Origin: the human T2T-CHM13v2.0 reference genome, Homo sapiens
Strand: one strand, 5' to 3'
Length of the DNA stretch: 64,000 nt
Assembly: GCF_009914755.1 (NCBI RefSeq)
Contig: NC_060928.1
Of the stretch, positions 50,404 to 64,000 are shown one piece after another. The notes beneath the pieces are model-generated. The model searched no databases. It was not told where the DNA came from and worked only from the letters and a program-made list of their open reading frames with translations. Position numbers and translations under genes: made by a program. Every line of letters starts with the position of its first letter. Position 1 is the first letter of the stretch.

Positions 50404-50458
<55 letters not shown>
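50404..50458. repeat. (GT)27 microsatellite
   Basis: Perfect dinucleotide run. Confidence 0.98.
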
Positions 50459-50459
<1 letters not shown>

Positions 50460-51074
50460 ATGCATGAATGTGTGTTTTATGGACTCTGGAGAGCAGGGAA
50501 ACACTAAGGACCCAACAGAAACTCCAGAACACAGTTGCGGAGCTCCTCATGCTATCCATGAGGTTTAGTTTTTTCCAAGTCCTTCATACTCCAGGTAACA
50601 TCACGATTTGCTGCTACATGATATTGAAACGTATCTTTTATCTTAGAACAAAAATGAAACAGAATTGTATGTATGGCAGGTATGAGAAAATCTTATGCAA
50701 ACATATAGAAATTTAGACTGTTCACATGTATGAGTAATTTTTAAATTAAAAAGTACACTATCATTCTATTACCATAATTTTTTAAATGTTTTATTATGCT
50801 GGCATGAGTCACTACACCCAGCCCTATCACCATAAATTTTAACAGTAAATAAATATTGAAAAGAAAGAAAGGTTAAAACTAGCCTTTAAGTAAACGTGTC
50901 AGAAATATATCTAAGAAAACAGGCTATTTGATATCATGCCACTGGATTACAACCCACTGAGAAACAGGTGGGGGCATCATAAATTCAAAATGCCAAAAAG
51001 TCACTATAAAACACTTTTTATATAAATCATTTAACTATTAAGTAAACAATTGCTTATTTAAAAATCCAGATGAA

Positions 51075-51374
51075 GGCGAGGCACAATGGCTCACACCTAT
51101 AATCCCATGTCTTTCGGAGGCCAAGGCAGGCAGATCCCTGGAGCCCAGGAGTTTCAGAGCAGCCTGGCCAATATGGCAAAACCCTGTCTCTACAAAAAAC
51201 ACAAAAATTAGCAGAGCATGGTAGCATATGCCAGTAGTCTCAGCTACTCAGGAGGCTGAGGCAGGAGGATCGATTGAACCTAGAAGGTCTAGGCCCCAGT
51301 GAACCATGATTGCGCTACTGCACTCAAGCATGGGTGACAGAGCAAAACCCTGTCTCAAAAAAAAAAAAAAAAAA
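51075..51374 (+). mobile_element. AluJ
   Basis: Dimeric, J-type; TSD AAAATCCAG(A/T)TGAA. Confidence 0.9.
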
Positions 51375-51462
51375 AAAATCCAGTTGAAGCAGAAAGATAC
51401 ATGGACACCAACCTACCTTTTAAACAACTGATAACAATGAAGCCTTTAAAAGGCCATTTTAT

Positions 51463-51602
51463 GACTGGGCCTGGTGGTTCACGCCTGTAATCTCAACATT
51501 TTAGGAGGCGTAAAGGGGAGGATAGCTTGAGGCCAGAAGTTCCAGACAAGCCTGGCAACATAGTGAGACCCTATCTCTACAAAATAAAAATAAATAATAG
51601 AT
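51463..51602 (+). mobile_element. FLAM_C-like Alu monomer
   Basis: Monomer with GGATAGCTTGAGGCCAG; TSD AAAAGG(C/T)CATT. Confidence 0.8.
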
Positions 51603-51639
51603 AAAAGGTCATTCAAAAGGACGGTTAAAAAGCTAACTA

Positions 51640-51945
<306 letters not shown>

Positions 51946-51952
51946 CTAAGGC

Positions 51953-52257
51953 AGCCAGGCGCAATGGCTCATGCCTGTAATCCCAGCATTTTGGGAGGCC
52001 AAGGCAGGAGGATCATTTGAGGTCAGGAGTTCGAGACCAGCCTAACATGATGCAACCCTGTCTCTATTAAAAATAGTAAAAATTAGCTGGGTGTGGTGGT
52101 GAATGCCTGTAATCTCAGCTACTCAAGAGGCTGAGGCAGGAGAATCGCTTTAACCTGGGAGGCCAAGGTTGCAGTGAGCCAAGATCGCACCACTGCACTC
52201 CAGCCTGGGAGACAGAGTGAGACTCTGTCTCAAAAAAAAAAAAAAAAAAAAAAAAAA
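51953..52257 (+). mobile_element. AluS, head-to-tail with the previous Alu
   Basis: AGCCAGGCGCAATGGCTCATGCC...A26 tail. Confidence 0.92.
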
Positions 52258-52996
52258 GGCTAACTAAGGCAAAACCTATAAGAAGCAGGCAACAAATTCA
52301 ACAGATACTTCTGATGACGAGACATCACTTTCTACAGAGAAAAATAGGTCACATGCAAAGCATCAGAAATCAAAAGTGGCATTGTATTTCTCAACATTTA
52401 CAATAAAAACAATGTCTCAAAAAAAAAAAAAAAAAAAGGCTAACTAAGGCAAAACCTATAAGAAGCAGGCAACAAATTCAACAGATACTTCTGATGACGA
52501 GACATCACTTTCTACAGAGAAAAATAGGTCACATGCAAAGCATCAGAAATCAAAAGTGGCATTGTATTTCTCAACATTTACAATAAAAACAATGAGGAAG
52601 TGGAAAATGTGTTTAAAATTCTAAGGAAAATTATTTTCAAACTAGAATTCCACAGCTAAGCGATTCTTACTGCAAGGTTATCGCAATCCTATGTAGGTAA
52701 TGAATAAGATGCACAATTCTGACTTCAATATAATCTAAATATGCTTTGTGGAAATGTGGAATTCTGAAAGAGATTGGGAAGAAAAGTAGTGTGAATTATA
52801 TAGGAGTGGATGAAAGAGACATGATTAAGGCTGACTCCATTCAAGTTTTCTTGCTTTAGATTTTTCCTTTTCTATGAGATAATAATAAATAACAATAAAC
52901 ATTTTGGAAGCACTTTTTCTTTGGCAAGCACAGTTGTAAGAACTATAGATGTATTGATTTTTTTCCAGCCTTGCAATAGCCCTATGAGGTATACTC

Positions 52997-53290
52997 TTTT
53001 TTTTTTGTTTGAAACACAGTCTCGCTCTGTCGCCTGGCTGGAGTGCAGTGGCTAGATCTTGGAGCACTGCAACCTCCACCTCCCGGATTCAAGCAATTCT
53101 CCTGCCTTAGCCTCCTGAGTAGCTAGGACTACAGGCACGCACCACCACACCCACCTAATTTTTGTATTTTTCAGTAGAGACGTGGTTTCACCATGTTGGC
53201 CAGGATGGTCTCGATCTCTTGACCTTGTGATCTGCCTGCCATGACTTCCCAAAGTGCTGGAATTACAGGCGTAAGTCACTGTACTCAGCC
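52997..53290 (-). mobile_element. AluSc inserted in a MIR
   Basis: GGATGGTCTCGATCTCTTGACCTTGTGATC diagnostic; TSD AGGTA(T/C)A(C/T)TCTTTT. Confidence 0.88.
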
Positions 53291-53509
53291 AAGGTACATT
53301 CTTTTAATCTTCACTTTAGATACTAGAAATCTGAGGCTAACATTCCAAGGTTCATGGTTAAATGGCAGAGCAAGAATTCAAACTCCAGCAGATGACTCCA
53401 AAGCCCATGCTCTTGGATCTTTAACAACCCAAAGAAATAAACAGTTAGATGTAATGAAAACTCTTAATTTCATGAGATTATATAGAAAAGCAAACTATTG
53501 TATGCTTTT

Positions 53510-53851
<342 letters not shown>

Positions 53852-53896
53852 TAAGACCTATAAAAACATAACAAATTTTAATGGCTTTGCTCCTTT

Positions 53897-54072
53897 CAGC
53901 TACCATTCACTGAGCTGCTAGTATGTTCCAGGCACTTAAAACATTTGTTGCAATCATCCCAACATCATATCTCCAATTTATAGTTAATTTATAGGTAACT
54001 GAAGTTCATAGAAAGGTTATACAATCTGCCCAAGGGTCACCTAGCTAGTGACCTAGCTAGCCAGGATTTGAA
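53897..54072 (-). mobile_element. MIR
   Basis: AGCTACCATTCACTGAG...GTAACTGAAGTTCA...CCCAAGGGTCAC...GGATTTGAA. Confidence 0.65.
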
Positions 54073-57000
54073 AGTAATTACCCAACCAAAATCCTGAACA
54101 TCACCGAAGTAATAACCTTAAAGTATGTATGTATGCCTAGAATAAAAATAAAAGAACATATTCTAAGATAAGTACAAGTGAATAAATACCGACAACTCAA
54201 AAAGCCATAATTCTACATATGCTATAAAGAGATGTGGAACTTTGAAGGGGACTGAGAAGGAAGAAACTAATTCAACTGGGTGAAAGTCTCATAATACTTA
54301 TTGTTTTATATTATTAGTTAATATGCACAGAAATAATGCATGACAATGGGAACAAAGTTCTTACTACAGATCTACGCAGAGGTAAAAATCCAATATACAC
54401 CTCCAGTTATATTAAAAAAAACAACTGAAGTAGCTCCCCAACCCAATGACCCACAAACACTTTGCTTGTAGGATCTATGACTTCTAGTGGTCCCATAATT
54501 CATATATAACAGATTTTACTTATAGAAGTATAAAAATTAGCCAAAAACCCACCTCATAATTTACTTTCAAAAGTGTTTAGCTAAATCTAGAACATCTGTC
54601 TAACAATAGTTAAGGTGAAATTTTACAAAATGAATATTTTGGAGTGAGAAGTAACAAATTTTATTTTACATGAATTTTTAAAATACTGAACTAACTCTAT
54701 TACTTACAGCTTAGATAGCATGAAGTTTGACTTCATCTTGACATGAATAATCATCATTTTGAGAAAAATGTTTTAACTTGTTTCCAAAAATGATAATCAT
54801 TGATAACTGAGGAGAAAAAGCAAAGACCGTTTTTGTTCTATTCACAAGTACCAACGAACAGCCCAGTGTGGAAATGGCTGTATGCCAGGTTGCCCTGTGA
54901 AGAATTAGGCTTCTTGGCAATCAAGAAACTCAGACATCGTAGGCCCTTAGAAAACTGACACATTAAGGACTTGGTGCTTTCACTTCCCCTTCTAGAAGGC
55001 ATATGCAAGATATGTCTTGCTTAGATGACAATCTCTTCCATATTCTGGATTCAGTGAGAGAATAAGACAACTAATAAGAAGCAAATTGAGGAGCAAGAAT
55101 CATTCATTGACTATTGGATCTATTGACTAAAATTTAATAACTGGTTCCAGATATACAGCAATATTATCCTAAATAACCACAAGAAACAATAATTAAAAGA
55201 TTCATACAACAATTATGAAATGTAAACGTGCATCTGAATTTTGATCAAGAAACTCAGAGTGAAATTCAGAGACAAACAAACCTGAAATTATATCTTTATA
55301 AAAAATAGTCAAAATGGTAAAAACCCAGTTTCAGATATGTATATTTATTCCTTTATTAACTTCTATATAGAAAGTTAAAAACAAAAAATGTTGAATAATT
55401 CCAATAAACCTTTGGGGAGACTGTGGATCACAACATCCATTTTACCAAATTTTAACCTTAAGTTCCCTATTATCTGGTAAATAATTTTTTGTTTTGATGC
55501 TGTATGAATCTGAATGAAGGTTGAGACTGCCAACACACTAGACTACATTTCACAAGTTTGCTGCCTGTATCTAACGTGATACTCAGTAGCATAAGAGTAA
55601 AAATAAATGATATGAAACATAATCAAAAATTAAAAATTATTCTAAGCACCCATAAATATACTTCCTGAACGTTCCTTGATTATGTAGGGTCAGTTGAAAA
55701 ATTTGACTAACTCATAACAATACTATCAAGAAGCCAACATACTTAAGAATCTGAATTCCAAGTGAAATACAAGACATTTATGATATTTTCAGATGTATAA
55801 TCCAGCCAAGATATACTTTATAAATAAAATAGATTTTAAAGGGCAAACATCAATATTTAAATCAATCCTTCTTCACATATATCTTCAACAAAATTTCTCA
55901 CCTTCAATACTTTCTAATTTCATTTTTTCATTATTTTATAGTATATAAATACACAAGCCTTTTCTCTACTTTTTTGATGTGCCAATAACATTAGTGCAAC
56001 ATATAGCCATGACAACTTATCCTATAAACAGAATCCCTCACAAATCGAAAAATATAAGAACCAACAAATGTTTCACTACACTCAGAAAACACAGAGTCTT
56101 TATTCCAAGAGGAACTTTCAGTAAAAAAAAAATGATGTGTGAACAGCAGACACTGATGTTCACACAAGCATACTGCAGACAACCCAGCAGGCGGTTTTCT
56201 GTTTTTTTTGGATTATGCTCTGGAGGTGCTGGCACAATGGAATTTCAATACCCTAACTGCTTATTTCTCTGTACATCTTTAAAATAACAGGTAAAGAAAA
56301 AATTGTCTAAAAAAAAAACAAAATAAAGTGTTTTTAATTCTTCTTTTCAAACGATGTAATTTATAACCATTACACAAATAGCGAAGAAGCACAAAAGAGG
56401 GGAAAAAAGAAATAAAGTAATGTTCCAAAGGTTCAGTTTACAAGGACCTCACACAAAGTTTTTTTTTTTCTCTGCAACTCTTACTAGAAACAGTATTATT
56501 TGCTAAAAATGCACTAGCTGCCAAGAGCTATGGTCCATCTAAAGCAAAATGCTTAAGATGGAAACAGTGTTAATACAAAAAAAAGAGGCAGGATTCAGTA
56601 TACAAATTTCTGTAAAATCTATTAAAAAATAAGATGAAGTTTTGATTTTGATACATTATTTTGACTAAAAAACAATTCTAATTATAGATAAAATACTAAA
56701 ATACATAGTACTGTATTAAAACAATAAGTAATCAAATTTCAAACTTTCTAATTAATCCTTTTTTTGTAAGTTATTGGGAATTCTACACTAGTCTTGGTTC
56801 ACATGATAGAACAATGGGAAAATTTTCCGAATGGTTGAACACTAACCCTGACAAGTGTGGAGAGCCAACTACAATACATTATATGGTAGCATAACCTGCC
56901 ACCCACGTTGCTGAGAGAACAGCTTTCAAACACATGCACTGAGCTGTAAAACCGCAAAATCCCTTATTACACATTGTCTTTCTTACTTTAGGTGAAATAT

Positions 57001-58584
57001 ACCATCAATTCTTTCCATTATAAATCTTTTTTTATTACTATTTTTGAAGACCATTTACAACTTGACTGTTGTTTTCTGACAAAGTAAAAGATGTCTTTTA
57101 CAAAAAGAAAATGCAACAGGAAAGTTATCACCCTCCTACAGTATTACAAATGAAGGCTGATATCTGCTGCATAATTTCCCATAGATTAACTGGAGGATCC
57201 ATATTACCTAAAATGTTTCCAGATAAAATTCTTTTTTTTCCCTTTGAAAACCAAACCCTTATACTAGAGTTCACCAAGTTTCTTAAAGCATTTGAAAATA
57301 CTTGCTTTCTTTAATAAAAGCTGATATATTGCTTTGGGAAGTTCTTTAATATATAATTTTGATCATTACCAAAAAAAGAGAAAAACAAATTGTCAAAATT
57401 TGTTAGAAAGTAAATGTTCTTTCTCTCTTTCTATGTTTCTTCCCAACACTTTCCCCCTTCCTCCTGCACCAGCACAAATACAAACCTATACTAAAAAACA
57501 AAACAAAAAATAGATTCAAGGAGATAATGCTGCCCTTGACAGTATTTGCATTATATTGATGATACATGTAAATGAAGAAAGACTGAAGAATGGCAGCCAC
57601 ACATCATACTCATTATAGCAATGTGTTTGACAAAAATACGTTCTTACCTTTCAGAAAAGAGCTCAATGCAACAATGACTATCAAATCTAACAAAAGGGCT
57701 TAAGATACAGAACAAGGGTAAAAAAATGAAAAATTTAAAGACAGTACTTTTTAGAGATTCAAGAAGGTTAAAATCATTTCAAAAAATGTGTGTTTCTCTC
57801 TAACGTTTTGTCTGATTAATTTCCCTCCAAAATTCTCCTTTCTATCCTTTGCATTTCCTTCCCCCCAACTCCCACCCACCATGACCCACCTCCACCCACA
57901 GTCTGCTAACTGAATCATAGCATTCCAGGACAGTTACAGGACATAACAGTTTCTTCTGGGGTTTTCATTCGCAATGTTGTTTGCAAAGAGAATTTTATTT
58001 GTAAGTGTTTCTATTATACTGACAGGGTCAATTAGTCTTGTGAACTATTGGTCTTTCTGCCTGATAGCTTGGTGGATCATTCAAGTGGTACCGTTCATAA
58101 CCTATAACTGAATGCAGCCAATTAACCTCAGAAACATGACAATACTGGCTAACTAATGGGCTTTTTAGTTTATCTTAGTGACACACTATAGTTAATAACA
58201 CACTATAATTATATTACACTATAGTAATATAATTTCCCCCAAATTGGTGGTATATTATTTGATATAAATTATATTTTCCCCAAATTGAACTGATTTGTAA
58301 ATTATGCCACATAAGTTGCACAGAGTAATTTTCATTTTATAGAAGTTCACTATAAACATTCGGAAGTTTTTTTTTAAAACAATAATCAGCTATTATGCCT
58401 ACTTTTGCTTATATGTTTATACAACTAAATAAAAGAATAAGATTTCTCCCAAGATGCAGAAAGCACTAATACTCTCCAAAAGCTAATGTAAAAATAAATT
58501 TGCATTTTACTTCAAATATTCAAAAAAGGCTTAAGTTGTAAAATATTATTTATTTTTTTAAAAACACACCCAAAAAGAGAATTT

Positions 58585-58830
58585 GCATTAACTGACTGTT
58601 TACTATGTGACCAGGTAATGTGAATAAGTACTTTGCAAACTTTATCCTACTTAATTCTTTCTGGAATCCAATAAGACAGACATTGTTCACCTATTCTATA
58701 TATGAGGAAACTGAGGTTTCAAAAGAGCCAAATATATCTCCAAGATTCACACAGCTAGTAAGTAGCAAAACTAAGATCTGAAACCAGATCTGTCTACTTT
58801 GCCAAACTGTGGTCTATCAACATCACTCGG
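58585..58830 (-). mobile_element. MIR
   Basis: Core ATGAGGAAACTGAGG...CCAAGATTCACACAGCTAGTAAGT. Confidence 0.8.
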
Positions 58831-60419
58831 CCTAAAAAAAATATGAGTAAATTCCCTGGTCATCTCCCCATGTCATCTTGTAAAACTGGATTACAGAATA
58901 CTGCCAAGTTCCAAAGCCATTCTACAAAAGAATATCCAATTATTAATGATCAACAACTTGAAGGAGATTAATGAAGTAAAAGTTTACTAAGATACAATAC
59001 TCCACTTTTTTTCATATCACTTCTAACCCAAATGCACTCTCACATATATGAATGTATACGTGATCTTCTACACACATGCTTGCATCCACATGTACCTGTT
59101 CACATACACACATACTCATCTAAAATGTCACACGTCAATACTCCTGATTTCCAAGGCTAAAGTACTGTCTGTCCATTATGCCAGCCCACAAAGAAGTAAA
59201 AAGCTGTCTTAATGCCATGGGTATCAAGGTATCAATTTCTTTGCAAAGAAGAATTTTTAAAATAAGTTGAATAACTTTTTCATACTGTAATTTTAAAAAA
59301 CGATCTGATCTAATAAGCCAACTTAACATATGTTCTAGCAAAAATTATATTATGATTATCTATGCTTTTGCTTTATAAATTTTCAAACATAACTAATTTG
59401 TTCAATTGTTGGGCCAAACTGCCCTAAAAGCAAATGCCCTGTTACAGGAGCGCACCCTAAGCATTTCTAAAAATCCATTACTACTCTCAAATCCTCTGCC
59501 TTCACATTGGCTACAGTGACTTTCAGGGCTTCATTCACTGCTTAATGGAAAAGTCTGCAAAAATATTTGTGCAATTAGGATAGACAGCGCTTTCTTGAAA
59601 ATACTGGCTTGGCTAAAAGTCATGGCAGTTAAGATGTATATAAATAACTTTTAAAATGCCCATTTATACTCCCTACTCTATAAATTTGTTCCTGTAAATA
59701 TTGTATTTCTTTTTAAAAATACATCCTGCATAGAAAGTATAAGGGCTAAGAAGTAAAATTCAAAGTCATCCATATTATAAAGTCAGCTTTACTTTTTTAA
59801 ATATAACAAAATAAATTCCATAAGCACAAACAATTTCAAGAACAGAGAACAAAATCAAAGGAAGTATCCACGTTAGTAAAACTATTACCTTAGAAAATAT
59901 CTAATATTTTGACACAACGGATAAAGATGTGCTCCAGTATGTGAAGTTATTAGCTAAATACTAGGAAGCTTAAAATTGCTAAATTCTTGCTTTACATATG
60001 CCACAAAAAATAATGCCACTGATGCTGTAGTTTCAAAGAATTAAATCTGTATATCTACTCGAATGCCAGGGGAAATTTCATTAAAATAATTTTTTTAAAA
60101 ATCCAAATAACCTACATAGGTTGTTCTCTCTGTCCAGTTGCAACAGAGAAAACACTGATATCGAAATGCCAAATATCAACCTTAAAAAAAACACTTCATG
60201 CTTAGATCTGATAGTAAGGAATTGAATCCAAGACAACCTATCCATTTTCCATAACTTGAGCATGTCTTAATATACATAAGACACATTTATCTAGCACTTT
60301 CCAACCTTGTACAGTCATGTACGAGTAAGGATAAAGCAAGCAGCCATTACAAAGCTAACAGAGAAAAGTAGTATGGATGGGCGTAAAGTTATATTGACTA
60401 AGAATCTATACATATTAGG

Positions 60420-60607
60420 TTCATGGTAGATGTTTTTACACTGCTTATCTAATTTTCACAACCACCCAAACAAGACAGGCATTGTAATTTTCATTTTTTA
60501 AAGTAAATAAACAGAGGCTCAGAAAAAACAGAGAAATTGTACTCTCTCTCAAGGAAGTGATAATACCAAGATTCCAACTCTGATCTGACAGGCTCCAAAC
60601 CCCATGA
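60420..60607 (-). mobile_element. MIR
   Basis: TTTTCACAACCACCC...AAACAGAGGCTCAGA...CTCCAAAC. Confidence 0.6.
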
Positions 60608-62327
60608 TTAAAGCAGCATGTGGCAAAGACAATCTAGAAACATGTTCCTTTATTTGGCTTAGGTCTCACCCTTCTGTCCTACTCTGAAAACAATATTTAA
60701 AACCCAGATTGCAGGTTATGAAACAGACTGGGTTTTTCCGTCTGTAAGCCAAGGTTAGAGAACTCTGCGTTCAATGGCGAGTACAATATGACTCTGGGGG
60801 AATATCAGCAAGTTTCAAATGACTATAACTTCAGGTTAAATGGAGTTCAGTGAGTCATGATAATTCCATGCTACCGATAATCCTGAACCTGGTCAACAGA
60901 AAAGTTTCAAATTTGAATTCCATATCTGCCTTAGACAATTCCCTCTCAACACAAGGCAAATCTTCATTCAAAATAAGTTTCTCAAAGTCAGGAACACTTC
61001 TCAATGCCTTTCATTAAATTTCCTCAGAGACAATTCCCTCTCAACACAAGGCAACTCTTCATTCACAATAAGTTTCTTAAAGTCAGGAACACTTCTCAAT
61101 GCCTTTCATTAAATTTCCTCAGAGAAATGATAAAATTTTTAAATTGATGAGATTATTGTTCAACTAGATTTTACAAACTGGCTGACAGTAACTTTGACTC
61201 AACTTTTACCCTTTTATTATCTTAAATGTGAAGTGGCTACCTAAATACTAAGGTAGAACAGTGAAGGCAGAAAGAGATTTCTTCTCATTCCTCAGTCTCT
61301 CTTTATTCCCTAAAGTACCTTGCTTATCATATTTAGCCAGAGCTCATAACCTCTGGGCTATGATAAGAGGCAAATTAGGATTGCCCTATATTCCCCAAAG
61401 CTATATTACATTCCCTTTAGTCATTATTATCTTCTCTAAGATCACATGCTTATATCAGAAAGTAGGCTGCTAGAGTCGAATCAATTTTAGAACTAATCTG
61501 CCTTGGATTCTTTTCCTCAGTAAAGCTAAAACGGACGCCCCTCCACTATCTTTAAAATAAATATCAAAGGCCACTGCAGAAATAAATTGCACAAATATTA
61601 ACTGAGCACCTATGTGGTAGGTACTCAGCTACATGAGTGATCAAGATGATCAAGACAGGTAATGTCCTTGTGCTAACCAAAGCCATCAAAGATTTGTGGG
61701 CCCTGAAAAGAAATATGCCATAATATGACAAAATAAATAACTGAGGGCCAAGATTAGTGTATAGAAATAAATATATACAATTGTTACCACATGGGTCACA
61801 AATTTGGTTCTAAGCTTCCTGACAGTCAACACGAAGTGGGTATCATTACTGGTTCTGACACAGTATAGAGATTCTTCTACTTACAGATTCATTTCCAAAG
61901 GGTCATCATTAAGTCTACTTAATCACATGTGTCGATTTTTAACTATAGAAGCAACTACTAATACCATCTACTGGTAGTTGACAGCGCTGACATATTTCTC
62001 CCCCAACCACCTCCCTCAATATAGGTCCATGGATACTAAGAAGAAATTCTATGAAAACAATTTTCTAAAACAATGCTGCCAAAGAATAATATTCAAAATT
62101 GCTAAAGAACATGTATGTTTTTCAAGCAGCCCCAATTTAAAAAAAAAAAGGAAATTCAACCATTGGAGGAATAGTCCAAAGATACAGGAATAACTGAAAC
62201 TATCAGTATCTCAGTTATTTCTTATGCAAGTTTTGTGTGTAATACCTCTTTGCTCTAATTTATAAATAGGAAAATACAACTTTGAGATAAAGTTTTAAAG
62301 TTTTAGCAATTATATCTAAAATAAGTA

Positions 62328-64000
<1,673 letters not shown>

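Noticed and set aside
54035-54062. GGTCACCTAGCTAGTGACC near-palindrome
   Set aside because: Tiny local rearrangement in a MIR; too short to support a functional claim

Overview
Primate (almost certainly human or hominoid) genomic DNA containing the 3' end of ANAPC10 (APC10/DOC1) on the minus strand. The terminal coding exon is 8975..8745, with its 3'UTR below it. Everything from 8976 to the end of the window is one intron of more than 55 kb; the preceding exon (...NLQEIR) is not in the window. The rest is mostly transposable elements: four L1PA-type LINE-1s, a full-length L1PB-type element, an older minus-strand L1PA15/16-type element, three Tigger1 DNA transposons, MER30, MER33, two MST LTRs, a complete HERV-L provirus with MLT2A LTRs, about 15 Alu or Alu-monomer copies, MIR/L2 remnants and a tailless 7SK retrocopy. 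A TE-poor block lies at about 54-62 kb. Nearly all other ORFs in the track are TE relics or chance ORFs. The most unusual signal is local sequence sharing. Three neighbouring same-strand L1PA copies (two with their own TSDs) share private variants in mutually incongruent patterns. Two same-strand Tigger1 copies 25 kb apart share a private frameshift. Short segments are copied 1.5 and 11.5 kb away, and there are many young tandem duplications. Two L1s also carry 3' transductions. Repeat subfamily names and consensus states come from memory and need Dfam/RepeatMasker confirmation.
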